NCBI GenBank assembly: GCA_016699595.1
Contig: CP064982.1
Coordinates: forward strand, 572,340-636,339
DNA: 64,000 nt
Source of the DNA: a bacterium
GTDB lineage: Bacteria > Patescibacteriota > Dojkabacteria > GCA-016699595
Direction of reading: 5' to 3'
Made by a program: the position numbers and the translations under genes. Below are positions 17,851 to 28,036 of the stretch, piece after piece (position 1 is the first letter of the stretch; each line of letters starts with the position of its first letter). Below the pieces are notes generated by a model. It was not told the origin of the DNA, made no database searches, and saw only the letters and a list, made by a program, of their open reading frames with translations.

Positions 17851-20682
17851 TTATACTTCTGCTCCATGGCATTTTTTGAACTTCTTTCCAGATCCACATG
17901 GACACGGATCATTTCTTCCTACATTTTGAAATTTAGGATCTAATTCCTTAGTATTAGGTTTTGAAATAACTTCAACATTTGAAACTAAAGAACTATTTTG
18001 ACCTTTTGTATTGTTTTGTAAGTTTTCTAAATCTTTTTGATCAACACCAAGTGAATTTAGAAATTCCTCGAACTGACCTGCATTTGTCAATAAATTTGTC
18101 AAATCAATCTCTTGAGCATTTTGAATGTTTTGGACACGAAATACTCTACTTGCAATTTGATACTTAGTCTCTTGCATAAAATTCTCAAACAAAGTATATC
18201 CTTTGTTCTTGTATTCAACCAATGGATCTCTTTGAGCATAAGCATTCAAACCTATTCCTGAACGTAAATCCTGCATTGCTTCAAGGTGTTCCATCCAAAG
18301 TTCATCCATTGTTTGAAGTTGAACTCTGTAAATATTTTCCAAAAACTTAGTTCCAGATTCCTTGTACCTTGAGTCAATTAACTTGTCAAACATCTCAGTC
18401 AAATAATTTTGGATTTCTAGTTCATGCATTTTATCCAATTTGTTTTTGATTTCTTCTGTATCAAAATGCTTTTGCAAAAGTTCTATCCCAACTATTAGTT
18501 CAAGTTTTGCAAAAGCATCATCTGTAGAGATGCTTTTCGAAAACTCACGCATATTTGACTTCAAATCTTTGAGTAGCGTTTCTCGAGCGGAAACAATTGG
18601 ATCAGAAATTTCAGATTCATTATTATCAAATTTAGCTTCTAAGCCCAGATTGAGTAATGACCTTCTCTTTTCATAAAATATTTCTCTTTGTTTATTCATC
18701 ACATCATCATATTTGACCAAGTTTTCTCGAATGTCAAAATTATTTCCTTCAACTTTTCTTTGAGCTGATTCCACTGTCCTTCCGATAATTCCAGATTGAA
18801 TTGGCAAATCTTCTGGGACATTTGTTGCATTCATCAAATTTTGCACAATCAAACCACCTTGAATACGCATAACTTCATCATCAAGCGCTAAGAAGAATTT
18901 TGATTTTCCTGGATCTCCCTGTCGACCTGCTCGGCCTCGAAGTTGATTGTCAATTCTTCTGCTTTCATGCCTTTCTGAACCTATAACATAAAGCCCACCA
19001 GCCTCACCAACTCCAGATTCTAAACGAATATCAGTTCCACGACCTGCCATATTTGTTGCTATAGTTACTGCAGATTTTTGACCTGCAAGTGAAATTATTT
19101 GCGCTTCTCTTTCATGATACTTGGCATTCAAAACTTCATGAGGTATCTTCATAGTTCGAAGAATTTGCGACAAATATTCTGACTTTTCAACTGAAGTTGT
19201 TCCAACTAAAACCGGCTGTCCTTTCTTATGTGCCTCTTCTATTTCTGTTGCTATTGCTACAAACTTTGCCCTTTGATTTTTGTAGACTACATCTGTTTGA
19301 TCTTGCCGAATATTTGGTCTATTTGTAGGAATTGAAATAACTTCAAGATTGTAAATTTTGAAAAATTCTTCTGATTCAGTAAGAGCCGTTCCTGTCATTC
19401 CAGAAAGGTGTTTGTAAATTCTAAACAAATTTTGGAATGTGATTGTTGCAAGAGTCTTGCTTTCTTGTTTTATTTCGACGCCTTCTTTTGCTTCGATTGC
19501 TTGGTGCAAACCTTCTGAATATCTTCTACCTGGAAGAACTCTACCAGTAAACTCATCAACTATCAAAATTTCTCCATTTTTTACCATGTATTCATCATCT
19601 TTTTTGAATAGATACTTAGCTTTCAATGCGTTATCAAGATGATGTGCCATATGATAATCTTCCCATAAGTTTTGTATTCCAAGTGCGTTTTCAATTTTCT
19701 CTGCACCTTCATCAGTTAAATTTACTGATCTATGTTTTTCGTCAAGCACAACATATTTGGAATCTAAAGACTCAACTAAGTTTGCAAATTGCATGTACAT
19801 TTGATTGCTCTTACTTGCTGGCATAGAGATAATCAGGGGAGTTCTTGCTTCATCAATCAAAATGCTATCTACTTCATCAACTATGCAGAAATATAATTCC
19901 TTTTGAACAAGTTCTGACAATTTGTCAACCATATTGTCTTTCAAATGATCAAAACCAATCTCATTGTTTGTAGCATACACGATATCACAACTATATGCTT
20001 CCTTTTTCGTAGCTTGTTTCAAGTTCAACCCTCTAGTATCACCAGGGTTTTTTACATCAAGCTTGACTGCTTCTGCAAATTTTTCTGAATCTAATTTTTC
20101 AAGTTCATCTTGAGTTACAAAAACATAACTATTATTCGGTTCAGTAATTCCAACACTAAATCCAAGTTCTGAAAAAATATGACCTGCATATTCTCCGTGA
20201 GAGCGAGCTAAATAATCATTGACTGTGACTAAATGAGCACCTCTTTTTGTAAGTCCAAACAAAGCAAGTGGTAACCATGCAATTTGAGTTTTTCCTTCTC
20301 CAGTTTTCACTTCAGCAATTTTTCCTTCAGCTAAAACAATTCCCGCCATAAGTTGAACATCAAAATGTCTTCTGTCAAATTTTCGCTTTGCAACTTCTCG
20401 AATCATTGCATAAACTTCAGGCATTATTGAAGTTAAGTACTTTTCAAGTTCCTTTTCAAGTTGAGTTTTTGTATATTTTCGAATCGATTGTTTTTCAGTT
20501 TCAGGAATTTTTGCAACTAATTCTGCAACTTTTGAGCGATAACTGTCCATTTCAAGTCGCATATCTGAAAAGCTCATATTTTCATACTTGCTTTCAAGCA
20601 GATTTATAGTTGAAGTAACTTTTCTAAGTCTTTCAATTTGTTTTTCGTTTGAATCGAATAGGTTTCCTAAGAATTTGAACAT
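17851..20682 (-). CDS. secA: preprotein translocase ATPase SecA
   Basis: 943 aa. N-terminal MFKFLGNLFDSNEKQIERL. DEAD-like motor motifs (LDEKHRSV..., TNMAGRGTDI). C-terminal zinc-binding CPCGSGKKFKKCHG. Confidence 0.95.
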   Translation of the reverse strand: MFKFLGNLFDSNEKQIERLRKVTSTINLLESKYENMSFSDMRLEMDSYRSKVAELVAKIPETEKQSIRKYTKTQLEKELEKYLTSIMPEVYAMIREVAKRKFDRRHFDVQLMAGIVLAEGKIAEVKTGEGKTQIAWLPLALFGLTKRGAHLVTVNDYLARSHGEYAGHIFSELGFSVGITEPNNSYVFVTQDELEKLDSEKFAEAVKLDVKNPGDTRGLNLKQATKKEAYSCDIVYATNNEIGFDHLKDNMVDKLSELVQKELYFCIVDEVDSILIDEARTPLIISMPASKSNQMYMQFANLVESLDSKYVVLDEKHRSVNLTDEGAEKIENALGIQNLWEDYHMAHHLDNALKAKYLFKKDDEYMVKNGEILIVDEFTGRVLPGRRYSEGLHQAIEAKEGVEIKQESKTLATITFQNLFRIYKHLSGMTGTALTESEEFFKIYNLEVISIPTNRPNIRQDQTDVVYKNQRAKFVAIATEIEEAHKKGQPVLVGTTSVEKSEYLSQILRTMKIPHEVLNAKYHEREAQIISLAGQKSAVTIATNMAGRGTDIRLESGVGEAGGLYVIGSERHESRRIDNQLRGRAGRQGDPGKSKFFLALDDEVMRIQGGLIVQNLMNATNVPEDLPIQSGIIGRTVESAQRKVEGNNFDIRENLVKYDDVMNKQREIFYEKRRSLLNLGLEAKFDNNESEISDPIVSARETLLKDLKSNMREFSKSISTDDAFAKLELIVGIELLQKHFDTEEIKNKLDKMHELEIQNYLTEMFDKLIDSRYKESGTKFLENIYRVQLQTMDELWMEHLEAMQDLRSGIGLNAYAQRDPLVEYKNKGYTLFENFMQETKYQIASRVFRVQNIQNAQEIDLTNLLTNAGQFEEFLNSLGVDQKDLENLQNNTKGQNSSLVSNVEVISKPNTKELDPKFQNVGRNDPCPCGSGKKFKKCHGAEV

Positions 20683-20810
20683 AGGTTATTATTTTAATAT
20701 AGAATTTAGTATGGCATTATAAAGTAACTTTGATAAATACTCTTTATAGTATCAAACAAAGATTTTAACATACTATGTAAATACATTAAGAATTTTACAA
20801 AATATCATTG

Positions 20811-22643
20811 ATGAAAACCTTGATTGCTTTTAGTATAATCGCAACAATGAAGCCTTTTTTCAAGATTTTACACAAAATTATTCGATACCAAGTTTGGTTT
20901 GCTAAGAGGTTACCAGTATTATTTACTGTTGCCTATATAGCGATCTTTCTTGAAGCTATACTTCCATTCGCCACGAGCTACTTGTTCGGCAAACTATTGA
21001 GCGAACTATTATTCATAACAAATTCGCAAGGTTCCTATCATAACCTCGTTTCGATTTTTTTACTGATGATCTTTGTAGACATAGTACTTGCAATATCTTG
21101 GAAGCTTGATGATTTTGTAACACAAAGAGCATATCTTGAAGTTTCCAGATTGGCCACATTTGACTATGTGAAAAAATTGAGTACTCTTGATCTTGCAAAC
21201 TTTGAGAGTAATGAATTTATTTTGAAATACAACAAAGCCCAAGGTGTACCAGAGCATAGACTAGCCTCATTTACAACAAACTCCTTATCGATGTTTTACA
21301 GTTTGGTCCAGCTAGTAGTTGCAGTCCTAGCTATTTTTTCTTTCAATACATGGTTTGTTATAGTAGTAATATTGACACTTATTCCAAGCTTAATTGCAAA
21401 TATCAAATTTAGCAGAAACATTTGGGGAATATGGGCAACTAAAGGAGACTCAAAGACTAGGTATTATGATATAAATCATTACCTAACAAACCGACACTAT
21501 CTAAATGAAATAAGGATTTTCTCAACAGGGGCAAGATTGTTTGATATGCTTAAAGATATGTATGATATGTTCCTTAATGAACAGAGAAAAGCATTGAGAT
21601 CCAAATTGTTGATTCAGATATCAGCAACACTATTAGAAATAGGAGGGACAGCATATGTTACATACAAGTTAATTTTAAGTGTAATCGCAAAAACTATTGA
21701 AATTGGGACATTTACATTTATTTCTAGTTCTGTAGGAAAATTATCATCTGCAACCAATGGGCTTTTTCGCAGTCTCGGAAATCTTTATGATCAAGTTCTT
21801 TATATAGACGATTTTGAATACATTATGAACTTGAAAAATGAAATTGTAAATCAGCCAAATGCCTACAAACTTCAATATAGAACTCCAAAAATTGAATTTC
21901 GAAATGTTTCTTTTCATTACCCAGGAACTGATAAAAAGGTATTTGATAATCTAAATATCACTATAAACCCAGGTGAAGATATTGCATTAGTTGGTGAAAA
22001 TGGTGCTGGCAAAACTACTTTTGTGAAACTTTTGACTAGAATTTATGATGTCAGTTCAGGTGAAATTTTGATAGATGGGAAAAATTTGAAAGAAATTGAT
22101 CTAGCTAGTTGGTACACAAATTTAGGTGCACTATCACAAGACTTTAATTCTTACGCACTTACTGTCAGAGAAAATATTACACTTGGTGGAAATGATGAAG
22201 TAAATAGCATAGCTCAAGAAGAAAGAATTGAACGCGCAGTCAAACTTGCTGATTGCAAAGAAATAATCGAGGGTTTGGATAAAAAGTATGATCAAGTATT
22301 ATCAAAAGCTTATGAAGGTGGAACAGATCTTTCAGGTGGTCAGTGGCAAAGAATTGCTTTAGCTCGAGCGTTTTACCGAGACCCGAATGTTTTGATACTT
22401 GATGAACCAACTTCAGCAATTGACGCCATGGCCGAGTATCAAATTTTCAATAATATCTTAACTGAGAATAATTTCAAAACAACTATAATAATTTCTCACA
22501 GATTTTCAACCGTTCGAAATGCAGATAAAATCTTTGTTATAGACAAAGGCAAAATTATTGAGTCAGGTTCGCACGCAGATTTGATGAACATGAAAGGTAA
22601 ATACAAAGAGATGTTTGAACTTCAAGCGAAAGGGTACAATTAG
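20811..22643 (+). CDS. ABC exporter, fused permease + ATPase (MsbA/multidrug-like)
   Basis: Six TM helices followed by Walker A GENGAGKTT, signature LSGGQWQRIALARA and Walker B ILILDEPTSAID. Confidence 0.85.
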   Translation: MKTLIAFSIIATMKPFFKILHKIIRYQVWFAKRLPVLFTVAYIAIFLEAILPFATSYLFGKLLSELLFITNSQGSYHNLVSIFLLMIFVDIVLAISWKLDDFVTQRAYLEVSRLATFDYVKKLSTLDLANFESNEFILKYNKAQGVPEHRLASFTTNSLSMFYSLVQLVVAVLAIFSFNTWFVIVVILTLIPSLIANIKFSRNIWGIWATKGDSKTRYYDINHYLTNRHYLNEIRIFSTGARLFDMLKDMYDMFLNEQRKALRSKLLIQISATLLEIGGTAYVTYKLILSVIAKTIEIGTFTFISSSVGKLSSATNGLFRSLGNLYDQVLYIDDFEYIMNLKNEIVNQPNAYKLQYRTPKIEFRNVSFHYPGTDKKVFDNLNITINPGEDIALVGENGAGKTTFVKLLTRIYDVSSGEILIDGKNLKEIDLASWYTNLGALSQDFNSYALTVRENITLGGNDEVNSIAQEERIERAVKLADCKEIIEGLDKKYDQVLSKAYEGGTDLSGGQWQRIALARAFYRDPNVLILDEPTSAIDAMAEYQIFNNILTENNFKTTIIISHRFSTVRNADKIFVIDKGKIIESGSHADLMNMKGKYKEMFELQAKGYN

Positions 22644-22749
22644 TCATTAGCAATTGTTTCATAGGCTCTAAACATCTTTTTTTGTTTGTTGTATAATGAA
22701 ACTAATATTCAATATCATCAACTTCAAATTTGAAACAAGATAATACTTT

Positions 22750-23394
22750 ATGGAAATCATCAATACACTCATCAACTTAATCAAAAATCCAATGGACTTC
22801 CTGGTATCCGTTCCTGAAATATGGAGATATGTAGCTGTAACTAGCATGATATTTGCAGAATCTGGATTTCTACTTGGCTTTGTATTCCCCGGGGATTCCT
22901 TACTTTTGGTTTCTGGAATATTAGCAAGTCAGGGTTATGTCAATATTTGGCTACTATTGCCTATTGTATTTCTTGCAGCAGTACTAGGTGACAATTTAGG
23001 TTACTATACCGGAGAAAAGTTTGGTGATCAACTTATGAAAAGGGAAAAATGGCTGTTTTTGAAACGCCAACACCTTGAAAAGGCGAAAGATTTCTTTGAC
23101 CAAAAAGGTCACATAGCTATCACACTTTGTAGGTTTGTACCTGCGGTCAGAACATTTGTCCCAACTGTTGCTGGAGCTTCTCGAATGGATAGAAAAGTAT
23201 TTTTCAAATTCAATTTACTTGGCGGATTTCTTTGGGCAATTTGTATCACATTAATTGGGTACTTTTTTGGCAAAATAATTCCTGCAGAGATCATTGACAA
23301 GTATCTTACATTGATCGTGGTTGGAATTGTACTTTTGTCTTTGATACCTATTTTTATTGAGAAATTTAAGAGTAATAGCCATAAAAGCGATTAA
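22750..23394 (+). CDS. DedA/SNARE-associated family membrane protein
   Basis: ESGFLLGFVFPGDSLLLVSGILASQG...AAVLGDNLGYYTGEKFG is the DedA core motif. Confidence 0.8.
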   Translation: MEIINTLINLIKNPMDFLVSVPEIWRYVAVTSMIFAESGFLLGFVFPGDSLLLVSGILASQGYVNIWLLLPIVFLAAVLGDNLGYYTGEKFGDQLMKREKWLFLKRQHLEKAKDFFDQKGHIAITLCRFVPAVRTFVPTVAGASRMDRKVFFKFNLLGGFLWAICITLIGYFFGKIIPAEIIDKYLTLIVVGIVLLSLIPIFIEKFKSNSHKSD

Positions 23395-23510
23395 TTGAAA
23401 CTTACTTATTTAGTCAAACAATAGGTAATAATAATTGCTAACCTTTACGATCTGAATTTTCTTCATAGTGCTATAATCATTATAATATAATGGGAATTTC
23501 ATAACTAATC

Positions 23511-25592
23511 ATGTCAACATTTTCAGATCTCAAAAACAAATTTATATACTTCTGGCAGTCAAAAGGCGCAAAAGAGATACCAGGATTATCGCTTGTTCCA
23601 CAAGGTGATTCTACTTTACTTTTTGTCAATTCTGGTATGTTTCCACTTGTGCCATACTTACTTGGAGAAAAACATCCACTCGGAACTAGACTTTGCAATG
23701 TCCAGAGATGCCTTAGAACTGAAGATCTTGAAGATATCGGAGATACAAGACATTTAACCTTGTTTCATATGATCGGAAATTGGAGTTTAGGAGATTTTTT
23801 CAAAAAAGAACAAATACCGTTTGTACTTGAGCTTTATGTTGAGCATTTTGGACTTGATCCAAAACGAATATATGTTTCAGTTTTTGAAGGTGACGAGTCA
23901 GCTCGAAGAGACGAAGAATCTATCGAGCTTTGGAAGCAAGCTTTTGCAAAATATGGAGTAGTTGCAGAGTATAATCCAGATCCATATTCAATCTCAGAAA
24001 CTCTAGAGGGAAATGCAAACTTTAGAATATTTAGTTATCCCAAAAAGAAAAATTGGTGGACAAGAGGTGAAGTTGCTGGAGAACCTGGAGGTCCAGATAG
24101 TGAAACATTTTATGATATGGGAACTCAAGCTGAAGAATATGAAGAGAAATTACATATAAATGGAGATAATGGGAGATTTGTAGAAATTGGAAACAATGTT
24201 TTCATGCAGTATAAATATGAAGTCCCCATTGCTAAGGGGGATACGGCAACGCCGAGTGGGTTTTGGTTAGAAATGCATAAGAAAAATGTAGACTTCGGAG
24301 GTGGTTTGGATAGAATTGTGATGTGCGCAGAAAACAAGTTTGATATATTTGAAACTACACTTTATTGTGAAGTTATCGATTATCTAGTTACTAAAACTGG
24401 TATTCCGTATAAAACTACTTCCTTTGTGAAGGTGGCACAAGGTGACGGAAGAGGTTTTAAGCGAAGTTATAGAATAATTGCAGATCATATAAAAGCTTCA
24501 GTTTTCCTACTTGCTGACGGAGTTTTCCCAAGTAACAAAGATCAAGGCTATATCCTGCGAAGATTAATTCGTAGAATGATAGTACAAGGTTATAATCTTG
24601 GAATTAAAGATAAGTTTGTGAAAGAAATTGCCGAGATAATGATAGGTTTGAACTCAGATCAAGATCAAATTATTTCAAATAAAACCAATATAATTTTAGA
24701 ACTTGAAAAAGAAGAAGATAAATTTAGGGTGACATTAGAAAGTGGAATAAAAGAATTTGAAAAATTGATCCTTCCTTTTAGGAAGGGGAACCACAAAGTG
24801 GTGGAAGGTTTAAATCCAAATATTGCTCTCTTACAAACGAATACTAACGAAATAGGATTCTCTGGAAAAGACTTATTCTATCTTTATGAGTCTTTCGGGT
24901 TTCCAATTGAGCAAAGTTTAGAATTATTGAAACAAAACAATGTTGATTTTGATGAAAGTAAGTTGAAAAGCGAGTTTGATAATGCAAAACTAGAACATTC
25001 CAATTTATCACGCACTAATTCTGAGCAAAAATTCAAAGGTGGACTTGCAGACAATTCAGAGATTGTAACTGCACTCCACACTACTCACCATCTTTTACTC
25101 GCTGCACTTCAAAAAGTTTTATGCTCAAAAGATATACACCAAAAAGGTAGTAATATAACTTCTGAAAGACTTCGAATTGATTTCAATTTCGATAGAAAAT
25201 TAACTACAGAAGAATTAGCAAAAATAGAATCCCAAGTTCAAGAGTGGATTGATCAAGGATTACAAGTTGAAAGACTAGAAATGAAAAAAGAAGAAGCAGA
25301 GAAACTTGGTGCAGAGCATGAGTTTGGAGCTAAGTATCCAGATATGGTTTCAGTTTATAAAATATTTTATCCTTCCTGGAAGGAAGGTGTCACTCAAAGC
25401 CCGACGGAAGGTTTAACCTCCAGTCTTTCAGACAGCCTCCTACAAGGAGGCATCATAAGTCTTGAGTTTTGTGGCGGTCCTCATGTCGCAAATTCAAAAG
25501 ATATAGCTAAATTTGGAAGTTTCAAAGTTTTGAAAGAAGAAGCAAGTTCATCTGGAATTAGAAGAATAAAGGCTGGATTGGTTAGGCAGTAA
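23511..25592 (+). CDS. alaS: alanyl-tRNA synthetase lacking the C-Ala domain
   Basis: LVPQGDSTLLFVNSGM, RCLRTEDLEDIGDTRHLTLFHMIGNWSLGDFFK, editing-domain HTTHHLLLAALQKV, and C-terminal CGGPHVANSKDIAKFGSFKV. 693 aa. Confidence 0.9.
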   Translation: MSTFSDLKNKFIYFWQSKGAKEIPGLSLVPQGDSTLLFVNSGMFPLVPYLLGEKHPLGTRLCNVQRCLRTEDLEDIGDTRHLTLFHMIGNWSLGDFFKKEQIPFVLELYVEHFGLDPKRIYVSVFEGDESARRDEESIELWKQAFAKYGVVAEYNPDPYSISETLEGNANFRIFSYPKKKNWWTRGEVAGEPGGPDSETFYDMGTQAEEYEEKLHINGDNGRFVEIGNNVFMQYKYEVPIAKGDTATPSGFWLEMHKKNVDFGGGLDRIVMCAENKFDIFETTLYCEVIDYLVTKTGIPYKTTSFVKVAQGDGRGFKRSYRIIADHIKASVFLLADGVFPSNKDQGYILRRLIRRMIVQGYNLGIKDKFVKEIAEIMIGLNSDQDQIISNKTNIILELEKEEDKFRVTLESGIKEFEKLILPFRKGNHKVVEGLNPNIALLQTNTNEIGFSGKDLFYLYESFGFPIEQSLELLKQNNVDFDESKLKSEFDNAKLEHSNLSRTNSEQKFKGGLADNSEIVTALHTTHHLLLAALQKVLCSKDIHQKGSNITSERLRIDFNFDRKLTTEELAKIESQVQEWIDQGLQVERLEMKKEEAEKLGAEHEFGAKYPDMVSVYKIFYPSWKEGVTQSPTEGLTSSLSDSLLQGGIISLEFCGGPHVANSKDIAKFGSFKVLKEEASSSGIRRIKAGLVRQ
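24768..24812. repeat. copy 3 of a ~65-bp hairpin repeat family, in-frame inside alaS
   Basis: atccttcctttt-aggaagg-ggaaccac-aaa-gtggtggaaggttt: ccttcc/ggaagg arms plus an inner hairpin. It encodes LPFRKGNHKVVEGLN within the intact alaS ORF. Confidence 0.6.
25369..25434. repeat. copy 1 of the same repeat family, in-frame inside alaS
   Basis: atccttcctggaaggaaggtgtcactcaaagcccgacggaaggtttaacctccagtctttcagac. It shares atccttcct..aggaaggtgtc..caaag..gacggaaggtt..cagtcttt with the 33776 copy, and encodes YPSWKEGVTQSPTEGLTSSLSD. Confidence 0.65.
25510..25592 (+). repeat. direct repeat A (the native alaS 3' end)
   Basis: aatttggaagtttcaaagttttgaaagaagaagcaagttcatctggaattagaagaataaaggctggattggttaggcagtaa reappears at 27422-27503 with 4-6 mismatches. 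Confidence 0.8.
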
Positions 25593-25614
25593 TCTTAATA
25601 CATCATTTAAACAT

Positions 25615-26529
25615 ATGTCAATTCCAACACATTTACAAATAATGTTGCCTTTATTGAAGTTATATTCAGACAACAATATCCACCATAGAACAGATTTTAT
25701 AGATAAAATTTCTGATCATTTTAACTTAACCGATGATGAGAGAAAACAAAAAGTAAATTCAGGTTGGACAAGAATATCTGATAGAGTTGATTGGGCAATA
25801 ACATTCTTAAAATCAGCTAAATTAGTTGAATCACCTAAAAGGGGATATACAAAAATTACACGACGTGGAAAAGAATTATTAAAAACTGGAGTTGAATCTT
25901 TAGACTTAAATAAAATAAAGGAATTATATCCAGATGTTATGGAAACTGCCTTTTGGAATCCAGAACTAAGAACTTCAACAAATGCTACTGCTACAAATAT
26001 AAATAATGAAAACTATACACCTGACGAACATTTAGCTCAAATAGTTGAACAAAAGAAACTTACAATTTATGCAGAAATTGAAGATCAGATCAAAAGAATT
26101 TCTCCCAAAGCATTTGAAAAATTAGTTGTAAAATTATTAATTGCTATGGGTTATGGAACTGAGGAATTTAGTCAAGTTACTCAATATAGTAACGATGGTG
26201 GTATTGATGGAATAATCCAAGCAGATAAACTTGGTTTTAGAAAAATTTATGTACAAGCCAAAAGATATTTAAGCAACAATGTTGGAAGAACTGAACTTCA
26301 AAATTTTGTAGGTGCAATGGGTAAAGTTCACGAAGGAATCTTTATAACTACATCAAAGTTTAATAGTAATGCACTAGAGTATATCCGTGACATTTCGCAA
26401 AAAGTTATTTTGATTGATATAAACAAACTTGTTGAACTAATGCATGAATACAACCAAGGTGTTTCTGTTCGAGATAATATTGAAATAAAAGGAATAGATG
26501 GGGATTACTTTGATGAACTTGAATCATAG
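25615..26529 (+). CDS. mrr: Mrr-family type IV (modification-dependent) restriction endonuclease
   Basis: N-terminal winged-helix Mrr_N-like region. Catalytic core AFEKLVVKLLIAMGYG...SNDGGIDGIIQADKLGFRKIYVQAKRYLSNNVGRTELQNFVGAM...GIFITTSKF matches Mrr_cat (D-x-QAK). Confidence 0.8.
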   Translation: MSIPTHLQIMLPLLKLYSDNNIHHRTDFIDKISDHFNLTDDERKQKVNSGWTRISDRVDWAITFLKSAKLVESPKRGYTKITRRGKELLKTGVESLDLNKIKELYPDVMETAFWNPELRTSTNATATNINNENYTPDEHLAQIVEQKKLTIYAEIEDQIKRISPKAFEKLVVKLLIAMGYGTEEFSQVTQYSNDGGIDGIIQADKLGFRKIYVQAKRYLSNNVGRTELQNFVGAMGKVHEGIFITTSKFNSNALEYIRDISQKVILIDINKLVELMHEYNQGVSVRDNIEIKGIDGDYFDELES

Positions 26530-26644
26530 TCATGGCTCTACCTTGCCACCTTCACCTACGGACTTAGCGAAATTACCGAAATTGGCCTAAATCGATTTTT
26601 GCAAAATTATAAAGTTAATTCAGTTCAAGCTGATCATATAATTT

Positions 26645-27361
26645 TTGAATCTTCTAAATCGATTGATAAATAATCTAAATCAAGTTAATTCAAAGTCAAT
26701 ACTACTTAAAAAGACTTTCAGAATATATCTTAGTATTGATACTCAAACTGTTAGTAAGCCAAATTTTCAAAGTCTTGCTGAAAACTATTTTTCTAAAGCA
26801 ACAAAGATGAAAATTCACCGCACTTTACCAGAAACTGAATTTTGGTTTATAGAAAAGCAGTGCCACGCTTATATTGCTCAGAAAATTAGTAAAAAGCAAG
26901 ATTATCAAGATAAAAATGCAAAAGGGTAACTTTGAGAAGAGCTTTGCGTAATGATGAATTTGCTTGCAGACCTAAAACGAAGTGATAAAGTTTTGGATCC
27001 CTTTTCAGGAAGCGGTGCGATAACTGAAGTAACTTACAAATATTTTAAGGTTGAATATATTACTTCAATTGATATAAAACAAGGAACCGAACAGGACTTC
27101 TTCAAGTTAGATGAAAATCAAAAATTTGATAAGATCATAACTGATCCACCTTGGGGAAATGAACAAAAACTAGATAATGTAAGTAAGTTTTATAATGATT
27201 TATTTAACAAAACTAAAAAAATGTTAAATAATCAAGGTGAATTGATACTACTAACAAGTTTTAAGGTTAATAATATGCCAGATGAATTTGCGAAATTAAA
27301 AGAATATAATCTATCAGTTTCTGGCAAGAAAGCAAAATTGTATAAATTTAAATTAAAATAA
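26645..27361 (+). pseudogene. SAM-dependent (N6-adenine/N4-cytosine or UPF0020-type) methyltransferase interrupted by two in-frame stops
   Basis: The 26645-26929 and 26951-27361 ORFs are in the same frame, separated by ...GGG TAA CTT TGA... The downstream part carries motif I VLDPFSGSGA and motif IV DPPWG. Together they read as one methyltransferase split at 26929-26951. Confidence 0.5.
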
Positions 27362-27421
27362 TATGGCAAAATTTATTATTAATATTAACCCAAGTAATAA
27401 AGCTTAGTTTCTTAAGCAATT

Positions 27422-27503
27422 AATTTGGAAGTTTCAAAATTTTGAAAGAAGAAGCAAGTTCATCTGGAATTAGAAGAATAAAAGCTGGTTTGGTTAGATA
27501 GAT
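27422..27503 (+). repeat. direct repeat B (duplicated alaS 3'-end remnant)
   Basis: aatttggaagtttcaaaattttgaaagaagaagcaagttcatctggaattagaagaataaaagctggtttggttagatag. It would encode FGSFKILKEEASSSGIRRIKAGLVR*. Confidence 0.8.
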
Positions 27504-27569
27504 TAAGTCCCCAAATGCCCAAATGCTAGAATAGCTAACCACTATAATATGCTATTCGAATTTGATTTC

Positions 27570-27914
27570 CTACAGCCTGCCAACATTATCTGAAATTTCT
27601 GGGATTTGTTTTAACTTGGACACAATTTGTGCTGGTACGTCTTGATAATTAAATTCAACATCATCCCCTATAGGGATACGAAGAATTACAACTTGTTCAT
27701 CCGTTAATGGCGTTTTTCTTCTATTTGCAATTCTTTCAATAGCCTCTGGGGGAAGCTTCAATACGAGCATTCTTGAATCATCTTTTTCGGTTGTAATATC
27801 TAGTCCATATTTCATTGGTTCACCTTGAAAGCCAAAATAAACCTGTCTAGCTTGATTGGTAATAAAACTTTTTGTAAGTTTTTCTTGTTCAGACATTTTG
27901 TTAGACTCAATCAT
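27570..27914 (-). CDS. hypothetical protein
   Basis: 114-aa ORF with no recognisable motif. The likely start is the internal MSEQEK. Confidence 0.4.
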   Translation of the reverse strand: MIESNKMSEQEKLTKSFITNQARQVYFGFQGEPMKYGLDITTEKDDSRMLVLKLPPEAIERIANRRKTPLTDEQVVILRIPIGDDVEFNYQDVPAQIVSKLKQIPEISDNVGRL

Positions 27915-28036
27915 AAAATCAAATCCTACCTATTTAGGTAGCAAAGTAATTATTATTTGGATAAACTTAAATACATTTTACTCTTTCTTTTACAAATGTC
28001 AAGTTCTTTGAGATAATTTGATACTCAGTTACAGAT

